Notes under the pieces: model-generated
What the model was told of the DNA's origin: nothing
The model's input: only the letters and a program-made list of their open reading frames with translations
Database searches by the model: none
Program-made: the position numbers and the translations under genes
Shown: piece after piece, positions 58,192-64,000 of the stretch
How positions within the stretch are numbered: position 1 is the first letter of the stretch
How the letters are laid out: every line of letters starts with the position of its first letter
Origin: a candidate division WS1 bacterium
GTDB lineage: Bacteria; Armatimonadota; Zipacnadia; Zipacnadales; UBA5352
Direction of reading: 5' to 3'
Length of the DNA stretch: 64,000 bases
NCBI GenBank assembly: GCA_003566775.1
Contig: PXBW01000215.1
Location: 3,529 to 67,528 of the forward strand

Positions 58192-60555
58192 TCATTCCTC
58201 CGGTCCGATCGAGATCATATCTACCTCGTACCAGTGACCTTCAGTCACCCTATTGGGCGCCCATGCCCCGAGGCGCAGGGCCTCCAGCACTTGAACCGCG
58301 GGATAACGCTCCCGGATCAGGCGCGCATCAAACTCAAGCTCATGCCACTGCTCGTCATCATGCAGCATCATGTCCGTCACGCGCATCTCCTCGGGGAAGC
58401 CTTCCTCCGGGCTTACCGCCACTATGGCTACCCTCGTAGCCTCGGCGGCGGTGCCGAATGCGCGCAGGTGCAGTGACGCCGGCGTGCCCTCGCCGATTCG
58501 GTAGCGGACCCTCACCAGCGGAAACTCGTCGATGTCCCACCCCGGTGGCTGAGTCCAGCAGGGCATCCGCGCTCCGTCCTCAGGTGCCTCAACGCGCATG
58601 TAGCCGCGACCGGTGTCGGGATCGAGGATGCGCTCCCACCGCGTCGGCTGCGGGCGGTAGGTCTGCCAGCGCCACCACCACTCCTCGTCATCGGCGTCGA
58701 AGGTGGTCAACAGCAGAGGAAGTTCCGGGCTGCGCGGTCGTTCGACAACGACGTAGCCTGTTCCGCGATGCGTATTACCCTCAACGTCGGTCACCCGCAC
58801 CCGGATCGGATAGTCATACTCCTCTTCGTATCTGTGCGTGACCTCCGCGCCTTCGGCGATGGTGTCGTTGCCGAGTTGCCAGCGAATCTCCGCGGGATCG
58901 AGTTCGCCGTGCAGCACCGCGCGGAGTGTCACCGGCTGCCCCGGCTCTGCGATGAAGGGCTCGACAGCAACCTGAACGCTCGGTCGGCCATCTGCGCCGT
59001 GCTCGTACACGCCGATGTCCGGGGCCTCGTCCGCCCACGGAAGGCTCACCGGATCGGCGTCCTGCCATTCTACCGAGCGGTCGAGTGTGAGCAGGCCCCG
59101 CTCGCCGTCCCGTTCGACGACGCGGGCGGGCTGCTGCGTTTCACCTACCACGATCAGATCTCCCCGCTCGCCCTCGATGCCGAAGCCGTCGTAGAAGTAC
59201 CACGCGTCCTCGACGGGAAGCTGTGTACCCTCTCCGGCACCCACCGCCCGGGTGAAGGGCCGCCCCGCATTGCGCAGAGGGCTATCATCCGCGAGCGCGT
59301 GGTTGTAACCGTCTGCATCCACGAATCCGGGTATCACGTCGAGATTATCCTCGTAGCGGAGACCGTGTTCGGCGATCCACCCGGCCGACTGCACCTCGCT
59401 TACGCTGCGCGCTCCGTCATGATCCTGCACGACGCCGACGCGCCCCGGTTCATCAGCGACGAAGACGTTGTTGAGCGCTCGCACCGTCTCCGGGTCACCG
59501 CCGCGCAGTAGAAGCTGCCGGTAACCGCCCCAGCGGTCGTTGCGAGAGAACACGTTACCGGTCAGCACCACGTTCTGGACGTAGTCGCTGCCGGAGTGGA
59601 TGAACATCCCGTACTGGTAGTTATCGTCGAGTACATTGTTGTACATGCGCACGTCGGTGAAGAAGAGCGTCTGTTCATCGCGGCCGCGCACCCGGTAGGG
59701 GAAGCCGTTCACCGGACCGCCCCAGTTGCGGAAGATGCGGTTGAAGCGGAAGATCGATCGCTCAGACAGGCACTTCGCCTGCGCATCGGCAGAGCGGCCG
59801 CTGTTGACCGCGTTGGTGATGATATTGTCCTCGAAGAGCAGATCATGGGTGGAGAAGTGCTCGAAGTTGCGTCCCCACGCGGCGTGGAAGACGTTCCCCC
59901 GCACAACGATCCATCGGTTCGAACGCTCCGGGAAGAACTGAAAGGGCGAGTGCCCGGCCCGGCTGATCGAATTGCCTTCGACCAGCACGCGGTTCGAGGT
60001 GTTCACCCGGAACATATTCCCGCCCTCATAGCGATGGATGATGCTGTCGAGCACCTGTACCTGATCGCTGCGCACGATCTCCATCGGCATACCCCCGCCC
60101 GCGTCCTCGAGGCGGCAGTCCTCTATGCGCACGTACTCGCTGTCACGGACCAGTATCCACCTGCCGCGGCGCGGCTCGGGCTGCAGATGCAGTCCCTCGA
60201 TGCGCACGTGCGAGACCTCATCGAGTAACACCGCGTGGGTGTCGTCACCGCTGCCGATGAGGCGGGCCCCTCGCCGTGGCTCGGCGCGGAAGACGATTGG
60301 CGCGTCTGCGCTTCCGGAGTTCACCGGGCGCAGGGTTCCGGGGTAGTCACCGGCCAGAAGTGTCACCATGTCCCCGGCCTCGGCCGCCTCTGAGGCCTTC
60401 GCGAGAGTTCGCCACGGATTGTTGCGATCGCCCGTTGCGTTATCGTCTCCATCAGGCGAAAGATAGTACTCCGCCGCCGGCAGCGGTGCCGCCATCAGTG
60501 CGCAACCTATGATGATGACGGTTGTGAGAGATGAAGGTGCGAATAGCTGTCGCAT
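58192..60555 (-). CDS. Secreted right-handed beta-helix/PKD protein (paralogue 3)
   Basis: Signal peptide; YYLSPDGDD...PW, FYDGFGIEGE.GD, APDIG and a PKD-like segment. Confidence 0.85.
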   Translation of the reverse strand: MRQLFAPSSLTTVIIIGCALMAAPLPAAEYYLSPDGDDNATGDRNNPWRTLAKASEAAEAGDMVTLLAGDYPGTLRPVNSGSADAPIVFRAEPRRGARLIGSGDDTHAVLLDEVSHVRIEGLHLQPEPRRGRWILVRDSEYVRIEDCRLEDAGGGMPMEIVRSDQVQVLDSIIHRYEGGNMFRVNTSNRVLVEGNSISRAGHSPFQFFPERSNRWIVVRGNVFHAAWGRNFEHFSTHDLLFEDNIITNAVNSGRSADAQAKCLSERSIFRFNRIFRNWGGPVNGFPYRVRGRDEQTLFFTDVRMYNNVLDDNYQYGMFIHSGSDYVQNVVLTGNVFSRNDRWGGYRQLLLRGGDPETVRALNNVFVADEPGRVGVVQDHDGARSVSEVQSAGWIAEHGLRYEDNLDVIPGFVDADGYNHALADDSPLRNAGRPFTRAVGAGEGTQLPVEDAWYFYDGFGIEGERGDLIVVGETQQPARVVERDGERGLLTLDRSVEWQDADPVSLPWADEAPDIGVYEHGADGRPSVQVAVEPFIAEPGQPVTLRAVLHGELDPAEIRWQLGNDTIAEGAEVTHRYEEEYDYPIRVRVTDVEGNTHRGTGYVVVERPRSPELPLLLTTFDADDEEWWWRWQTYRPQPTRWERILDPDTGRGYMRVEAPEDGARMPCWTQPPGWDIDEFPLVRVRYRIGEGTPASLHLRAFGTAAEATRVAIVAVSPEEGFPEEMRVTDMMLHDDEQWHELEFDARLIRERYPAVQVLEALRLGAWAPNRVTEGHWYEVDMISIGPEE

Positions 60556-60702
60556 CAGTGGACCTCCTGCGAGCTTTCGTTCCACGCACTTTGCGTCGAT
60601 CTTCAGGTTGCGCAAAGATCAGTATCTCAAGAGCGAGCGGAGGTGGTTGATCTGCCACCCCCGCTCGCCCTCAGAACTCGACCATCTCTGTGCAGTTATC
60701 TG

Positions 60703-61407
60703 TTACGGCGTCCAGATCAGGCCGGGGAAGTCCTGGTTGACGGCTTCGCCGGCGAGAGCGCGGCTCTCCCAGTCGTCGTAAGGCACACTCACCCACCTGG
60801 CATGGCCGTCCACCAGGCCGATATTGGCGCCCTCATTGTGCCGGGCCGGGATAATATTGCGGATCGAGCCATCTCTCACCTGGATCCTGCGCTGGGTGTA
60901 GTAGGACTGGTGCGCTCCTGTGCTGTAACTCTCGGTGGTCAGGATCGTGCTTGAGGGCTGCTCAATCTCCGCAAGGAGTCTCGGCCGAACGTTGGGATCC
61001 GCCCCGGGACTGCCCCAGTGACCACCGCAGATCATCCGATTCGCGCCGTAGTTGCCGATAGTGGTTCGCTCGCCTGCCCATCTCCAGGGAGAGGAAGGGC
61101 AGTTGAAGACGTCGATATTCATCACGTAGGGGTAGATTATGGCCGGCCACAGTCCCCAGGCATTCGTCGTGTTGTTGGGATACTGGACCAGGCCATCCGT
61201 CAGGTACATCACCATGGGAAGCACTTCATCGTAGTCCTGAATGTAGGTGACCTGGGCGAGTGTCAGTTGCCTCATGTTCGAGAGGCAGGAGGTCTGGCGC
61301 GCCCTTTCGCGCGCCCTTGCGAAGACCGGGAATAGAATCGCTGCCAGGATAGCTATGATCGCTATCACCACCAGCAGTTCGATGAGGGTGAAGCCCTTGT
61401 GTCGCAT
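60703..61407 (-). CDS. Prepilin-type N-terminal cleavage/methylation protein with H-X9-DG motif (DUF1559-like)
   Basis: [11 protein letters not shown]; [12 protein letters not shown]; GGAGGTG SD. Confidence 0.9.
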   Translation of the reverse strand: MRHKGFTLIELLVVIAIIAILAAILFPVFARARERARQTSCLSNMRQLTLAQVTYIQDYDEVLPMVMYLTDGLVQYPNNTTNAWGLWPAIIYPYVMNIDVFNCPSSPWRWAGERTTIGNYGANRMICGGHWGSPGADPNVRPRLLAEIEQPSSTILTTESYSTGAHQSYYTQRRIQVRDGSIRNIIPARHNEGANIGLVDGHARWVSVPYDDWESRALAGEAVNQDFPGLIWTP

Positions 61408-61670
61408 GTGCGGTACACCTCCGGCGCAGCGGTAATTGTTGGCCCATCATCTTCGTATTCTACCCTGGGAGTCACAACTCCTCTGTGGATAACGGAACCT
61501 CTGAACACGGGTCACGTCAGTAATGGTTGAGCCCGAGGAAGGGTTTTGTGCGCCTCTGGAGAAGATGAACTGCAGCACCACGATAAGTCCGCAGCGGGAT
61601 CATCTCGGACATCGATGCAATGCTCGATCACACGCTTCTGTGAAGAAAGAGGAGAGGAAGGAATGTGACG

Positions 61671-63290
61671 ATGATGAATCGCGTTCAACTCTGCTCGACG
61701 GGTTTGCTCGTAGCCGCCATGCTGGTATGCATCGCGCCGGCGCAGGCGGACAATCACCGTATTGAGGCGGTTCGCACTTTCGCCGAAAACGTGCTCGAAC
61801 ACGGGCGTGACACTCTGCGTGACGAGCCGACACCGCTGTTCGTGGACGGCCTGAACGTGGACACCCTTGAGCCGGTGCGCTGGGTACACGACGGACAGGA
61901 GTGGATCCCGTCGAACCTCGCCAGCCATCAGAACCTTTTCCGCACGCTGGTCGGCCTGACCAATCTCACCGGCGACCAGGAGTACCGACAGGCGGCGCAT
62001 GATGCGATGGCCTGGGGTTTCGAGCATCTGCAGCACGAGAACGGCCTTATGTACTGGGGCGGTCACCGCTTCATCGACCTTGCCACCGGCGAGGCGGTGG
62101 GGGAGGGTTATCGGCACGAATTCAAGAACCACTTCCCCTACTACGAGTTCATGTGGGAGGTCAATCCGGAGGCTACCCGGAGATTCCTCGATGCCTTCTG
62201 GAATGCGCACATCATGGACTGGAGTACGCTCGATATGAATCGGCATGGGGCGTACGAGACCGAGTTCGAAGATCCATGGACCCATAGCTGGGAAGGGTCC
62301 GAACCGTTCTTCGAGGGAAGAGGCCTCACCTTCATTAACACCGGAACCGACTTGATCTACTCGGCAGCGATACAGTACGTGCTCACCGGCGAGGAACGCG
62401 CGCTCGAGTGGTCGAAGCGCCTCGCCGAACAATATGTAAATGCTCGGCATCCCGAGACCGGCCTCGGCGTCTATCAGTTCTCGCAGCTTCGCGACGGTCG
62501 CGACCGTGCGAAGGTGCAGTTCGGCCCTGAGTGGGGCGACGTGGCGCTCGAGGGATGGATGCTCCGTGCGCCCAACTCGATCTACGGCGCCAACGGTCGT
62601 ATTCAACTCCAGCTTGCGGAGATGCTGGGTGAAGAGGGGGAGGAGTTCGTTCAGTGGACCGTTGATGGACTGCGCGCCTGGGCGGAGTACGGGTACGACG
62701 CCGAGGAGAACACGAACCGCATCATGTGGGCGGACGGAACCGATCTGACCGGCTACGAGATCAAGCGCGACGGCTACTACGGCGATGAAGGTCGCGTGTT
62801 GAGTGGAGGCCGCCCGTCGGCGGAGATGATAGAGGCGTACCTGCTTGGTTATCGTCTCTCGGGTGATGAGACGTTGTGGGAGACCGCTCGCGCAATGTCC
62901 CGACACCGCGGGGTCGGCGACATCGGCTCCTCCCCGGGCGTGGACGTGGATGTCGACCTTGAGACGGATAATTCCGATCCGATCATGCTCCACGCGGTGC
63001 TTGAGCTTTGCCGCTCGAGCGACCATCAGGACTATCGAGCACTTGCAGAGCGTATCGGTGACAACATAGTCGAGCAGCGCTTTCACAACGGCTTCTTCCT
63101 GCCGAGTTCCGAGCACATCAACGCAAGGGTCAGCGCTCACGAGCCTCTCGCACTGCTTGCGCTGGAGGCCACTCTGCGAGGAGAGCCCGAGTTGGTGGCA
63201 ATGCGAGGGGGCACGGGCTTCTTCCATGGCCCTCACGACGGCATCGGACGAACCTACGACAGCAGAGCGATATTCAACGTCCGCAGGTAG
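61671..63290 (+). CDS. Secreted pectate lyase, polysaccharide lyase family 2-like
   Basis: Signal peptide; SNLASHQN, YWGGH, HEFK..FPYY, FWNAH..DW and RHG (metal ligands and catalytic Arg pattern of PL2), GLTFIN. Confidence 0.8.
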   Translation: MMNRVQLCSTGLLVAAMLVCIAPAQADNHRIEAVRTFAENVLEHGRDTLRDEPTPLFVDGLNVDTLEPVRWVHDGQEWIPSNLASHQNLFRTLVGLTNLTGDQEYRQAAHDAMAWGFEHLQHENGLMYWGGHRFIDLATGEAVGEGYRHEFKNHFPYYEFMWEVNPEATRRFLDAFWNAHIMDWSTLDMNRHGAYETEFEDPWTHSWEGSEPFFEGRGLTFINTGTDLIYSAAIQYVLTGEERALEWSKRLAEQYVNARHPETGLGVYQFSQLRDGRDRAKVQFGPEWGDVALEGWMLRAPNSIYGANGRIQLQLAEMLGEEGEEFVQWTVDGLRAWAEYGYDAEENTNRIMWADGTDLTGYEIKRDGYYGDEGRVLSGGRPSAEMIEAYLLGYRLSGDETLWETARAMSRHRGVGDIGSSPGVDVDVDLETDNSDPIMLHAVLELCRSSDHQDYRALAERIGDNIVEQRFHNGFFLPSSEHINARVSAHEPLALLALEATLRGEPELVAMRGGTGFFHGPHDGIGRTYDSRAIFNVRR

Positions 63291-63431
63291 AATCGTCGAG
63301 GTCACTGTATCCGGCCGATGCGGTCACATATCGGCCGCGATTCCTGTTCGGAGATCAGATCACACAGGCCACGGTACTTTCATCAACCGGACGGCCGCCG
63401 TCCGGCAAAATCAGTCCAGGGAGCGTGATGC

Positions 63432-64000
63432 ATGCAGGTAACACAGTTGACTGTCGCAGCCGTAGCGATGGCGCTTCTGCTCACCATCGGAAGCGGCCTG
63501 GACGTGCAGGCGGATGACACGCCGGATCGCCTCGAGGCGGTTCGCATCTTCGCCGACAACGTGCTCGAACACGCGCGGGATGTCTATCGGGAAGAGCCGA
63601 CCCCGTTGTTCGTTGACGGGTTGGTAGTGGACACTTACGAGCCGGTGCGCTGGGTTCACGACGAAGAGGAGTGGATCCCTTCAAACCTCGCCAGCCACCA
63701 GAACCTGTTTCGCACCCTCGTGGCGCTCACGAATCTCACCGGTGACGAGAAGTACCGGCAGGCCGCGCATGATGCGATGGCTTACGGCTTCGAGAACCTG
63801 CAGCATGAGAACGGTCTGCTTTACTGGGGCGGGCACCGCTTCCTCGACCTGCTTTCCGGTGAGGCGGTAGGTGAGGGCTATCGGCACGAGTTCAAGCATC
63901 ACTATCCGTTCTACGAGTTCATGTGGGAGGTCGATCCTGAGCGGACCCAGCTATTCCTGGAAGCCTTCTGGAACGCTCACATCATGGACTGGGGCACGCT
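63432..64000 (+). CDS. Second PL2-like pectate lyase (3' truncated)
   Basis: Read by hand: MQVTQLTVAAVAMALLLTIGSGLDVQA/DDTPDRLEAVRIFADNVLEH..., closely similar to the upstream gene and open to the window end. Confidence 0.82.
   Translation, partial: MQVTQLTVAAVAMALLLTIGSGLDVQADDTPDRLEAVRIFADNVLEHARDVYREEPTPLFVDGLVVDTYEPVRWVHDEEEWIPSNLASHQNLFRTLVALTNLTGDEKYRQAAHDAMAYGFENLQHENGLLYWGGHRFLDLLSGEAVGEGYRHEFKHHYPFYEFMWEVDPERTQLFLEAFWNAHIMDWGT

Noticed and set aside
61512-63305. 597-aa minus-strand ORF
   Set aside because: Antisense shadow of the PL2-like gene.
1-64000. CRISPR array, rRNA or IS element
   Set aside because: No regularly spaced repeats, rRNA-like tracts or transposase motifs were recognised by eye.

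Overview
GC-rich bacterial chromosomal window. The repeated '[37 protein letters not shown]' prepilin-like genes suggest Armatimonadota, which is an inference. From left to right: the truncated end of a type IIG-like restriction-modification gene, pcrA and an ADP-ribosylglycohydrolase. Next is a largely translationally coupled minus-strand operon (5603-12944) encoding a GlmL-like ASKHA ATPase, a hybrid-motif/KOW-like protein, four uncharacterised membrane proteins and a signal-peptide-bearing methyltransferase, with no B12 mutase in the window. This operon is the best candidate for an undescribed membrane machine. Housekeeping blocks follow: dnaE, hisDBHAF-PRTase-hisI, tldD/E, ftsY, smc, a galK-like kinase, pth, rplY, tRNA-Gln, ispE, rsmA, hypAB, folD and fchA. 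The window ends in a glycan-utilisation-like island (49-64 kb) with three beta-helix/PKD paralogues, two prepilin-like H-X9-DG genes, a DUF3604-like protein and tandem PL2 pectate lyases. The island carries a leader terminator, a poly-G promoter spacer and a shared operator-like 12-mer. No CRISPR array, rRNA or transposase was seen. All family calls come from motif recognition by eye, not database searches.
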